A stretch of DNA of 64,000 nucleotides from Vicugna vicugna (taxonomy: Eukaryota). The notes beneath the pieces are model-generated. The model was given only the letters and a program-made list of their open reading frames with translations. It was not told where the DNA came from and made no database searches. Made by a program: the position numbers and the translations under genes. Location of the stretch: the NCBI GenBank assembly GCA_013265495.1, contig MU062119.1, forward strand, positions 4,190,388-4,254,387, in the 5' to 3' direction. Shown piece by piece: positions 22,261 through 34,695 of the stretch; within the stretch, counting starts at the first letter, position 1, and the number at the start of each line of letters is the position of its first letter.

Positions 22261-25200
22261 CTGCTGGAGGGCAGAGAGCAGCAGTCAGGGCGGGGCGAGA
22301 AGGCAGGCAGCCGGCCAGCTTGCGCCGCTGCCAGCAAGGACGGGCTGGGCCTTCCCCCAGACCCCCGGGGCGGGGGTGCTCCTTTAACGCACGTTCCAGA
22401 GATGGCCTTTTCTCAGGGTTCTCGCCCAAGCCCACGGTATGCAGGGCGTGGGAGGCACAACAGGAAGAAAAGCAGACACGGGTTTGCGCTCTCCTCAGTC
22501 AACGGGCAAGGATAGACCCTCCAGGATCGGACATAGGTCCCCAAGCCGAGTGCCCACAAGGGACACAGCCACGCAGGGACCTACCCCGCCTCACACACGC
22601 ACCCATGCCCATCCAAGCAGATCTCCCACAGGGGCACGCCAGCTCCAAACTGAAGATCCCAGCACCCTAGGAAGAGAGCTCTGCCGACAGTGCGTACACA
22701 GAACCGTCTGGAGGCCCTGCCTGCTGATCACCAGGTGCGCACAGGCACCCCAGGGGCCGGGACATCAGCTGTGCTGGCAGTTGCCAGCCTGCATCACAGA
22801 TACCTCGCCCCCAATGCCCATGGAGATGTGACCAAGAAGCTGGCGCTGTCCCCAGGCTGAACATGCCGGCCTACCCTGCCACCAAACCCTGGGTGGCCCT
22901 GGCACCAGCCAGAGCAGGCAGCTGTGGGGCTTCAACTGGCCAGACTTGTCTTGGGGGTGCTAGGGGCTGTGCCCCCACCACCCGCCCACCCCAGACTCCC
23001 GGACAGAGAGTGAGGCCTGGGGCCTGGCCGGCGAGGCAGACCCCGGGGAACCAGAAGGGGCTCGCTCAAGGCAGGAACGGGAAAAAGTCGGCCCCCGTCA
23101 CCCCTGGCCACACAGAGGAACGTTCTACATGCCCATCCGCAAGGGCGTGTAGCTCCACGACCGTCGAAAGGTCCCGTCACTCTGGTTATTCACGTGGCTT
23201 AACAGGAGCCGCAAGGTAAGGCGCAGAGCGTTGGCCGCAGCCAGGGCTCCATCACCACGAGAGCCCTGCACAGCCTCGGCGAGGATGCTGCCGGCCCCGG
23301 TGGCCCTGAGCCCGAGAGCTCCGGAGCCTGGCCCTTCCTGGGGCTGATTGCACGGCACCCCCCACCCGGGGTCAGGTCTGGCCACTCCTGCCAGCAGCAA
23401 AGCAGGACACGAACCCAGGCCTGTCCACCTAAACCTGCGGTGTTTCCACCACGGCCCGGAACGCCAACACCCTGAGAACAAGGGGGGCCAACACGCCTCT
23501 GCCTCCTCACTGAATCGGCACGTACCCAGGAACGACCACCACACACAAGGCAGCGACAAGAGCCCGTCCCTGAGAGGACGTCCTCCCCTGGTTCCTCCAA
23601 CCCCCGCAGCCCCAGCTCTGCCCATGGTCTCCCTCTGTTGGAGTCAGGAGACGGGGCAGCAGAGCCCCCCAGCTGACCTAACTCCCCTCGTGGGCAACAA
23701 GGGATGGACTGCACCCACCCCCGTGACCCGTCCTCCACGTCAGCAGGGGTGACGCCGCAGAGCAGGCAGGGCCCATCCGTCAGGCATATTTACCAAACAA
23801 GCCAGGGCCGGGCCACTACCCCGCCCTCCTCGGTCCTCCAGGAGACACGGCAGCGATCATTAATTGAAGGAGACAGGCCGCTGATTGGAATTTTTAATGA
23901 GCGGCAACATCTGTTCCCTTCCCGCGCGTCAGCACAGCCCCTCCAGTCTCCCGGCGGGGTCCTTGCAGTGCGTGAACCCCGACTTGCCCTTCCCAGGAGG
24001 GGTGCTCACGAGGCAGGTGTCAAGGGTGGGGCACACAGGCGCACCAATCCCGGGTCAGGGCAGGGAGCCCAGAACTCCCACCTCCCGATTTCAGGAGACG
24101 CCTACACGGGCTGGGCCAGGCGCAGGGTGGACTGTGGTCTGGTCCTGAAGACCCAGGACGGGTCCTGCAAGTGCCTGCTCCTCGGTTTCCCTGGCTGTCA
24201 GATGGGCCATCACAGCAGCCCTCACAGAGCAGAGGGGACAGCGTGCAGACAGACGTAAGGGGGAAGCGGGGCGTGCATGGCAGCCGCACCACCGAGCCGA
24301 GCCCCCTCCTTGTGCTCCTCATCCAAGGGGCTGTTCCCACATCAGCACTGGGCTCCCCCCACACCCCTCCCTCCACCGGCACCAGCACAGGGCTGACTGC
24401 CCCTCACAGGGGCCACTGTGGGGTGGAGAGGCCCTTTGCCCAAAGTCTGGGGTGGACTAAACAAGGAACAGCATGGCCCTGAGACATTCTCCAGAAGGGG
24501 ACACAGCAGCTGGAGCCTGAGGGCCCCCAGGTACCAGTGCAGCTCCCCTGACAAATGCTGCGCTGATGGACGGGCCGGGTGGCCTGGGCTCTGCCTCCAC
24601 ACTGGCAGCGAGGCCCCACCTCCGCCTCGGGCAGGAGTGGCTGGGAGACAGCGGCCAAGGAGCTCTACCCTCAGCCCAGGACAGCAGAGTCCTTGGAAGG
24701 GGACCTCAATTCGAGGATAAAATCTGGGGAGAAGCTCTAGGCAAACCAGGCCATCACCCCCTTCCCCATGCTTCTGACTGTGTTTGCTAAATCCAATGGG
24801 GGGGGGGGCCCAGGCAGCCCCTGCCACAGAGGAAGGGCCCGGATGCACCACCGCCCCCAGCCCAGAGACGTCCTCAGAAGCCCCCCGCAACCCTTGGCGG
24901 GACAAAGCCCTGCCTGAAGGCAGCTGGGCCAGATGGCACCTTCCCGGCTAGCTGCGGACAAATACAGAGCTGGGGGGGCCGGGGGCGGGGAGGGCCAGCG
25001 GGCAGGGAGTCCAGTGCCAGACCCACGCGTCTCCCGTCTGGCTGGCGCCCTGCCAAGCTTGTGACAGGCACCTGGGAACGAGGTCAGGAGGATGGGCTGG
25101 GGCAGCACCCCTCAGTCCTGGCCAGGCCTGGGAGGCTCAGCTGGCCCCCCCAAGGCCCCCGACGGCGGCGGCCAGGCCTGCACCTTGGGGCATCGGTGGG

Positions 25201-26859
25201 CGGCTCTCGCTTCTGAGTGGTGGGCGGCCTCAGGCGCAGCTGGAGAGATGGAAGGAGGGAGGACGGGGGGAGGGGGGAGCGGGAGAACCCTTCATTCTCT
25301 GGTGATTAGGAAGGGTTCCACAGGCAGATGGGCAGACATGCCCTGTGAGCTTTAAAACAGACTACTTGTCATTTCATCTGTCCTCTCATGGCTCCCACTA
25401 CCCGGGAAATACCGGTGACCCCGGCACAGAGGCCCCGAGGCCCCCCATGACTCCCTGCCGCACAGGAGCTCCACCCCCGTGACTCACGTGCCAGGACTTT
25501 AGGAAGCGACTCCCTCTCCTGTCCTCACGTCTCCCCTCCCCAGGAGGATTAAATTCTCCGCTGAGCCTTTGTGCGGGAGCTAACAAGCCGTACATCATCG
25601 GCTAATCCAGCTCTGTCCCCCTCGCCCTCCCTGGTGGCATCAGTGTTTCATGAACTGCCGGCTCAGTAAACGGCGGGGCAGACCCACCACGGCCCTTCCT
25701 CTGGGGTTACTGAGTGTTTCTAAGGCAGTCAGGACCCCTGAGGAGGGAGGGCCAGGCTGGGGGGTAGGAGGCCCACAGCGAAGGCATGTGAGCATCCAGG
25801 AGGGAGACAGCTGGGAGGCTCCTGGGTCTCGAAGGGCAGCTGCCGTGTGCAGGACCACAGGGAGGATTCGGGCCATGGGCACCGTCACCAGCCAGGGCTG
25901 ACCCAGAGACGCATCAGGACCCAGAACCCACCTGGGCCCAGTGAGTCAGGAGGGTCACGAGGTCAGGGTCCTGCGGTCAAGGCTGACTGCTAGGGGGCCA
26001 AGGGACCCTCTGGAGGCAGGAGGCTCTGGCGAAGACCTCTTGTCCTCGCCCTCAAACCAGGACTGGGGGGGCTCAGGCCGGGACCCGCCCGCCAGGCCCA
26101 GCCCTGCCGCCCCGTCTCCCAACTGCAACAAAGCCAGGAGAGCAGCCTGTGGGTGGGCATGGAGCCGTGGCCAAGTGACCATCTGGGAAGGCCCGTCACC
26201 TCAGATGTAGGGGTCAAGCTAGGGCCACACTCAGCTGGGGGTACTGGCCTATTTCCAGGAATCCAGGGATCCACCTCTGTGGATGGAGGCTGGCTCCTCC
26301 AACCTCCAGGGCAAAGAGACCCTGAGTGATGACCAGGTGGGGCCCTGGTGCCCGTCCCCCAACCGGAGCCAGCAGGGCAGAGAGCAGGGATGGGGTGAGG
26401 TGAGAGGTCCCCCCCCCCGCTTCCTCCACTTTCTTTGTGGTTTAATTAGTATTTCCAAGTGGTGCTATCCCTCTGGGAACTCGGCAGAAAAATCCAGGAG
26501 AGAAGTGCAGCGCTAGGGTTCTTAATGAGGAAAGGCCCCTGCAGGCTGGGAGCATCTGGGAGCTGGGGCGGGTGGAGGCTGGCCGGGCTCAGCCCCAGGG
26601 CCGGTACTGAGAACTGCTCCCAAGGCCACTGACGCCTGCTCAAGCAGGTCACCTGGGCAGGGCACATCTGGGGACCCCCAAGTGTGGGAAAGGGCCTCCT
26701 GGGGTGGGCAGGTGCCAGAAGTTAAGACAGAAACAGGAAAACGTGACCTGTGAAAATACGGGCTGGCATTTTCGCTGCTTCAACCCTGTGTGTGCAATAA
26801 ATAACAACAGCTACTGTTCACCACGTGCTTACGCTGCGCAAACACTGTTTCAAGCTTTG

Positions 26860-27070
26860 AGTCTACCCCAGATTCATGAGGCTGAGTCCTAACCCTCAGG
26901 ACCTTGGAAAGTGGCCCTACTTGGACACAGGATCTTTGAAGAGGTGATTAAGGTAAAACGAGGTCACTAGGGTGGGCCCCGACCCAACAGGACTGCTGTC
27001 CTTCTAGGAAGAGACCAGGACACAGACATACGCACAGAAGGCGACCACGTGAGGACTCAGGGAGAGGCTT
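26860..27070 (+). mobile_element. MLT1-type (ERVL-MaLR) solo LTR fragment
   Basis: gtcctaaccc..ttggacacaggatctttgaagaggtgattaaggtaaaacgaggtcactagggtgggccc..ggactgctgtcctt..ccacgtgaggac matches the recalled MLT1 5' consensus. Confidence 0.75.
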
Positions 27071-27159
27071 CAACCCCAAATGCAGGCCTGCTCTGCGGAA
27101 GGCCGCCTTCCCAGGGCCTGTGGCCGTATCTGGCCGCCACCCGCACACCCTGCACTCAC

Positions 27160-27359
27160 CTGCCGGCTCTCACTCCTCCAGACGCCGTTGACGGTCTTGG
27201 TGGGGGCGATGGTCACTACGGGGGGTGTGCTGGGGACGCTGTGGCCCCCGGGGGGGACGATGATGGGGCCCATGGGCACACGCTTGGGCGTACTGGCGGG
27301 GGAGCTGTGGTTGGTGGCTGGAGAGGACACGGGGGATGACTCGCTGCTCAGTGAAGACC
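27160..27359 (-). CDS. GSE1: GSE1 exon 3
   Basis: ttctcccgCAG|GG TCT; [39 protein letters not shown]...VWRSESRQ; CAG|GTGAGT; 200 bp. Confidence 0.97.
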
Positions 27360-29380
27360 CTGCGGGAGAAAGACACAGTAGCTTGAACAGGTGTCCCCGC
27401 CCCAAGCATCACTCCCATGTGTGGCCCCCCCAGGGAGGCCTGGGGGCTTCCAGGCTGGCAGGGGTCAGTTTAGTTCCTGGCAGTTCCAGAGGGAGGAGGG
27501 GGCGGGTGGGGAGGGAAGGGCAGGGCCCTAGGGGTTGGGAGGAATTCATCTTGGGTCCCAAGAAAGAAGGCACCCATATTAAGCCAAGCTGGCCAGCAGC
27601 ACAAAGGGCGGAGAGGAGGGGCCGTGTGTGAGGAAGGGGTGACAGGGTCCGGGTGCGTTGGCGCCCCCAAGCCCAGCAGGCACCAGGCTCGCCCCGATGC
27701 CTCCTGCCGTGTCTCTGGTCCGTGACTGAGGCATATCCTGGCAGAGGGGTAGCAGAGCGGCCCCTGGAGCTCTGCTGTTTGGGGTGGCTTCCTGAGAGCC
27801 ACACCCAGGCCCAACGAGGTTCAGTCGTGGGCATACCCACACCCTGCACTGTTTTGGGCTGCAGCCTGGGGGTGGAAGGGACCCCCGCACATACTCACAC
27901 AGAAGCCCCTCTGGCACGCAGGTCCGCGACACAGACCCAAGGCAAACCCCACCTCGTCTGAGAGCCACGGAGAGCTCCCGGGGCCCTGTGTCTGGGGCAG
28001 GCCAAATAGGGGACTTTATTCCACGGCACAGCTTCAACAAATTCTAGGCACCACGTTTGCCCACAGTCACAGGGGCTGCGTGGGCTCACGTGGCCAGAGG
28101 TGGAGGCACTGGGACCTGAACACTCCTCCTATGGCTTTGATTTGGGGTGGATGCCAGCCTAGATCTGGGCGGATCTGGCTACAGAGGACCCCCATCTTGC
28201 AAATACTCCCCTCTGAGGGGGCCCACTGGGGGCTCCTGCAACCCTGGGGGTGGGGGAGGAAGACGGGGCCAGCACGGATGCTGAGGGCCCACAGCTGTCT
28301 GGACAGAGCTCTGCCCTGGCCAGGGTGCTCCCGGCTGGGCAGCTCCAGTGTGACTCCCTAGGCTTGTGCGTGGCTCACACACTGTGCAGGGCAGCCCCAC
28401 GAAGAGACACCAGGTCCAGCCAGATCTGCCCCCAGCCGAGCTGCTCGGCGACCGCGGGAACACCACCAAGTCCAGGCACCCCCTCACTCCCAGCTCCCAC
28501 CCATCAGCGTCTGGCAACAAGGACAGTGAGCCGTCACCTGAAGGCTGCTGCCCCTGAGGTGTGACTCAACTCCCCAGATGGACTCGCTAACCTCAGCCCA
28601 CGCACCAGCAGTTCTGCAACCCCAAAGTGGCCAGGGCCAACCACTGAGACCGAGCCCTGGGTCCAAGTCCCAGCCATGCCGCCCAGTGGCTGGGGCAAGC
28701 TCCGTGGCTCTGGGTCAGATGTCATTACTGCCCACAGACAGCCAATGGCAGACAACAAGGCCACCTTCCTTTCCCAGGGGGGCAGCCCCCAAGATTTTGA
28801 AACAAGCTACACCTGACAAGCAGATGAGAAGCCAGCCTCGGGACAGCAGCAAGAGGCGGGTCTCGGCTGACCCGGCCAGCCCTGGGGCGTGGAGCTGGCC
28901 GCTGCCATCCATCACAAGTCAGCACAGGGCATCCCTGCTCCCTCACCAGGTTTGCTCAACCTGGGGACACTGGGTACATCTTCCAAAGCACCATCTCTGC
29001 CCACACCAGGGCCAGGTAACCCCTTGCCCGGGGACCTGGCTGCCATCCACCAAAGACACAGGCCCAGCAGCTCCAAAGGGAAACTCAGAACGGGGGCCCC
29101 TGGGGGGGGCAGTAAAAAGCCACCAGAGCCCCCAGCCATGCAGGTGGGTGGCACAAATCCCACTGAGCGAGGAAGACAAAAAACGGGATCCAGATGCTGT
29201 ACCCGGTGCGGGCAGAATGGCGGCCAGGGCCTCACCGTTTCCTGATCAGACGTGGTTCGCTCTGAAAATCCGCCTTGCCGGACACTTACGGTCTAATTTA
29301 AATGTCAGGAGAAGCGGGGGGAAACCAGGCGAGAAATCTTTCTCTTTAAAAAAGGAACTTCCATGGAATTCCTACTGCTC

Positions 29381-29830
29381 TTTTTTTGGTCATGATGGCT
29401 TTACTGAGCTGTAACTCTCTCGTCTGACGCTCACCCACATCAAGTACGCAATTCACTAGTTTTTAGTACATCACAGCCGTGCCACCAGCACCAGTCAACA
29501 CTCGAACCTCTCCTTCTCCCCAAAGAGAAACCCTGTCCCCATCAGCAGTCCCTGTCATCTCTGCCAGCTCTTGGCAACCACCCACCTGCTCTCTGTCCCC
29601 ATAAATCTGCCTCTTCTGGACATTTCATGGAAACGGAATTTCATGGCCTGTTGGGCCCGGCTTTGTCCTCTCAGCATGATGCCTCCATGGCTCGTGTACA
29701 GGGACGCCCGAGTCAGGACATCATTCCTTTTCCTGGCCGAGTAATATCCCACCATACGGATGGGCTGCATTTTGTTCAACTGGTCATCTGTCTGTGGACA
29801 CTGGGGTGTGTCCACCTCTGGGCTCCTGGG
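29381..29830 (-). mobile_element. L1M-type LINE-1 3' end remnant (GSE1 intron 2)
   Basis: Reverse-complement L1M 3'UTR text (gctttactgag..., ccccaaagagaaaccctgtcccc, ttctggacatttcat, gagtaatatcccaccata, tctgtggacact). Confidence 0.8.
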
Positions 29831-32800
29831 GAGGGTCCTACCCTGACTGCTGCTCACACTCCCCCCACCCTCAGCCCCAGGTGCATGGACGCCTTGGAGG
29901 ACCTACTGTGTGCCCGGCCTGCACCCCGGACTGCCCTGTGGAAACTCTGCTTGTGGAGGGACGAAAGTACTGTGAAGTTAAAAAAGTAAAGAAACAAACA
30001 AAAACAAACACAAGAGCCCCCAGCAGTCAAGACAGAGGTTGCAGTGCCTGGAGGAAAAGCTGGAGTCAAGGTCAGGGGGCTCTGCTCCTTAAGGGACCAG
30101 GCAGAGGGAGGGGAGGCTGAGAGCAGACCTTTCAGAGCCCCGCCTGCTGCAGTCCCTGGGGCCTCGCAACCAGGAGAGTCTGACGGCTCAGGGGTCACAC
30201 CATGTGCATGTGGGGACTCAGGGCCACCTGGCTCCCGCCTGGCTGCACCCTGCCACCTCTCAGCCCACCCTCCCAGCCTCCGCCCCCGTGCCATTAGCTC
30301 GGTCTCTCCGATCCACCTCATTTCTAAATGCGGGGGAGTGAGGAAGCAGGAGGGGCCAGCGAGAGACCGGGAGCCCAGGGGCCAGGTGTGCCTGCCCGCG
30401 GAGGCCTCGGGCAATTAGCAGCCTCGCCCCTTGGGGGTGGGCCGGACAGGCTGTCACTCCGCAGCCAGATCGATCCCTTACCATGCACCCGCCAATTAGC
30501 GTGATCGGCCAGACCCCCGTTCTCAGAGCGGCTGCGAAGGCAGTAATTAACTGGCGGTATGCGGCCAGAGTCAGCAAGACGCATGTGGATGGGAGATGAC
30601 AGGCGGCAGGGCGTCACCTCTGTCATCTGACCTCACGGATTAGCGCCCGAGGCCGCCTGGGCACATGTAATTAACAGCTGAGACCCCAACATCGTGGCAA
30701 GGGGAGCAGGACGGAGGCTGGAAATAAAACTACAACAACACAGACGCCCATGGACTTCCTAGATGCCTGCTCGGCCAGCCATGCAAACAGCCGTTAAGCA
30801 CCTACTGGATGCCCTTAACAAGGACTTCTGTGCCAGGACCACCCCTGCCTGGCACACTGGTGGGTGGTGGTGGTGGGGCAAGGCCAGGCCTCAGTCACAC
30901 CGCACGCACCCTGCATCCCTGGCACACTGCAGAGTGAGTCAGGCCACCTCACTCAGGGCAGGGACAGAGAGCAGATGACGGACAGTGACGACCTGATGTG
31001 TTCCCTGAAACTGGACCCTTGGGACACCTTCCTGAGATGCCCACTCCTGTGGCCGGAGTCACTCCAGGCTTCGCAGGGCTGGAGAGGCCCACGCCGCAGG
31101 GACAGCTGGGGTGCCGGCTGCAGGTGGCCGTGACAGGTCTGGGGTGGGGACCAAGCAGCAGCGCAGGCAGCCACCTGCGACCCTCAGACACAACCACGTG
31201 AGAGGCACAGAGACGAAGTCCCCACCGCCAGCCCACGGAGGCAGGGAGTGGGGTGAGAGCCCCCTGGACTCCCCACAGGCCTGGCAGAGGGGCCAGCCGG
31301 GTACTCGGTGTGCACAGGGCTGCCCTCGGCCGCACAAAGGTCGATGGCTCCACCAACCTACAGCTCAGGGAGAACCCCTGGGAAAGAGCCCCACAGGCTG
31401 CACAGGCCTGCTTCCCTCCCTGGCCCGGGGCACTCCCGACTGGCCTGCCAGCCTCTCCACGGTCGGAGCAGCCGGGGCCCTGTCCACCCACCACGCTGTC
31501 CGTGGAGCTCTCACCCCGCCTCATGCCTCCAGCCAGCGGTACGCTCCTGTCCCCAGCGCACCATCATGTGATGGTCACTAAGCCCCAGCCAGCAAAGGCA
31601 AGGGTGATCTTTATCACGAGATGCGTTTTCAGGGGCCAATTATTTGACAGTGAGCAGGACGGGGGCTGGGAGGATGGTGGGTTCCCGTGTTGCCTGTGAA
31701 GGTACATGAGGGGCAGAGAGGGGGTACACGAGGGAGAAGGGGGGAAGGGGGGCCGAAGGGAGGCAGAGGGGGCTTCTGGGAGGTGTCAGGGGAAGTCACT
31801 GTTGCACCAACATGGCCTGGGGAGGCGTCCTGTCCAAATGCCCCAGAGCCAGGCATCACCCACTAACCCTTCCTCTCCCATCTGGCTCCCTGCAGAGGGC
31901 AAGCCCAGCTCCTTTCCATAGGCCTCATTCTCCTCCAAATCCCTGGGCTGGAAGACAGAGAAGGACAAGGTGCCAAGACGCCCCTGCGCTCACACCCATG
32001 CGACACGACAGACGGGGCTGCAGACGCCCCAGGAAGTGCTGCGCTGCCAAGCCCTGCGGCCACGCACCCAGAACACATGCCGTTGAGCGTGCCGGGCGGG
32101 ATCTTTTCTCCCCTCATCTGTTCAGCTATTTTCTTTAAAAGAAGCAGATTTCAGGAGGCCCAACAGGAGAGCCCCGCCTCCCGCCTCACTCCGGCTGGCT
32201 GTGTGACGGCACCGCTGCTGGGCAGAGTCGCACCCCCAACCTCGACAGAGCGGGGAGTGCTCCCAGGCCTCCCAGGAACAGGACCTCGGTCTAGGAGGCT
32301 CCGGGGGCCCAGCGGAGACCAGACCCACCCGCAAAGCCAGCCGCGAGGCGAGGCCTGCAGACAGCAGACGCCTGCTACCCCCCAGCCGTGCTCGGGGCTG
32401 ACGGGTCACTTCTCTGGCGGGCGGCGGAATCGGTGCCTGTGCTCTTGGCAGACCAGCTCGGTGAGGCCGCTCGGCACCCCCCACGCCCTGCTGGGAGGGC
32501 TGGATGTGGGATGCAAACAGGCCTTGTGGCTCCAGAGCCCACCCTGCCCCCTCTGCCCCCAGAAGAGGCGACTGGCCTCAGAGGGACCAGAGGGGAACCG
32601 GTCAGGATTGCCCTACGTGCTCCCGGGGGTGGGGAGGCAGCACGGCCCTGAGTCTCACGCACCTTCCCTGAGCAGCGGCCGACACTTCGGGCTCCCACAC
32701 TGCCCTGCAGCTGGGGAGCCCTCGCCTGGCACTGACAAAGGGTCTCATGGGTACAACCAGGACCACCAACATGGGGTCAGACCCAAACTGCAGCCCAAGG

Positions 32801-34429
32801 CTCCTTGCAGAACGTGCAGCGTGGGCCTGGTCGCGTCCTGAGACCCCCCTTTCTCCAAGGACCGAAGGCGACGGTCCTGGCACGAGGGTCTCAGGGGCAC
32901 GAGGGTCTGTGGCGGAGGCTGCCCTGGGCCTGGAAGCACCCACGCTGTCGGGACAGGCAGCAGCTGCCCTGGCGGCCAGGGCTGACCCCCCACCTCTGCC
33001 CAGACGGGACAGGTTCTCCCTCAAAATGGGGCCAATTTGGGTCTCAAGACGCACACATGCGCAGCACTCTGCTCTCCCAGCCCCTCCCAGCGAGAGCCCC
33101 GGGCTGTGCTGCTGGGGGTGGGGGAAGGCAGTGGGGGCAGGGAACGGGGTGGCCATGGTTGGTGGACCTCATCTGCTGCATGCAGCGCTGTGCCTGGAGC
33201 TCGTGTTCTCCCCCAGTCACTAGTATCTTTAAGGCAGGATGTTACCCTCACCCTGAGACAGAAGATAGCTCAGAGAGGGAGAGCGCCATGCCAGGACACA
33301 CAGCAAGGATGTGACCAGAGCCTGCCAACACCCGTGTCCGCCTGGCTGAGTGCCCACTTGGAAGTGGGTGACAGGGCCGCGTGGGTCCAGGCGTCCCCCT
33401 GCGCGTGCAGTCCCTTCAGGAGTCCCCCAGGGGCAGACACGCAGGCCGAGGGGGCCGAGCAGGGCCGTGTGGCTACGAAGGAAAGAACGTATCTTGGAGC
33501 CTCAGGAAAGGTAAAATTCCCACCTCCTCACGTCCTCTCTCGGGGGCAGAGCAAGTGACACGGCGTGTAGATTCCTTGCTCGGAACTGAATTTTTAAACC
33601 GCACCCCGGAGACACGACGTGAGGAGAGACAAGAGCCTGGGAAGCAGAGGGGAGAGCGGTTCGCGGCTCAGAGTAAGACGCCTCCAGGTGGGGGAAGGGG
33701 GCGGGGAGGGTCACGGGGAGCCGGAGGCACCCAGGGCAGAAGCCAGAGCCCAGGCGGTGTGCAGCCGATCAGGACGGCCCCACAGCAGGATGGGGGCCCG
33801 CAGCCTCGCCTGTCTCCTCTGCACCGTCAGGCCCGCCTCCCACCATCTCCCTGTCCAGGTCTGGAAGCGATGCTGGCTCTACTGGGACCGCTCTGCCTGT
33901 GAGGACGGGGCTGCCGGGGCTTGGTCATGGGGTCCTGGGTCACCTCAGCCTCCAGATACTAAGATGCTAGCTCCTCTAGGGCCACAGGGGCGTTTTACAC
34001 CAGCATCCTGGGGCATCTTAAAGAGACAGGAGGCCTCGCCCTCACAGGAGGGAGGCCTTCAGCAGAGGCGCTGGTTCCCTCCCTATGAGGAGGGGGACAT
34101 GGGTGTGGGGGGGCCTAGTGGGGGCGGGACACAGAAAGACATGGTATCTTGGGACACAGGTTCGCGGAGTTTCCAGTCTCCCCTCTGCTGCTTATGACTC
34201 AGGAAGCCAGAAGCTGAAAGCTAGGTTTTGTCCAGCGGCAAGATGGACAGAGAGCAAAGGCCAGGCCTGCACTAGGGACGCAGTGGGGGACTGCCTGGCA
34301 CACAGCAGGCGCTCAGTTAGCCATCACCGCCGTGATTAAGGAGGGAACAGCCCTCACTGGGTCTACCTCCTCACACAGTTGGTGTCAGGTGTGAGGTGCT
34401 GTCCAACCGCCAGGTCATCCAGTCACCAA

Positions 34430-34695
34430 AACCAGAGACACGGGGCTGAGCGCGGGAGCCGGTCACGGGGCTGCACGAGCCCACAGGTGGCAGACATCCA
34501 GACAGCAGACTCAGAGACAGATCGTGGCTGCCGGGGCTGGGCAAGGGTGTGGGGACGGGGTGCTTTTTAGGGGTGACAAAAATGTTCTGGAATTAAGGGT
34601 GATGGTCACACAACTCTGAGTGCAGGAAAACCCACTGAATCGTATGCTTTAAAAGATCAGTTTCAAGGGATGTGAATGATATCTTAAGAAATTAA
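34430..34695 (+). mobile_element. L1M-type LINE-1 3' end remnant
   Basis: ggggtgacaaaaatgttctggaatta..gtgatggtcacacaactctg..aaaacccactgaat..ctttaaaa is a typical L1M 3' terminus. Confidence 0.8.

Noticed and set aside
28578-33558. Intronic ORFs of 170-280 aa (e.g. 28578-29414, 32077-32841)
   Set aside because: Expected in GC-rich DNA; many start at non-ATG codons, and none resembles a protein family I know.
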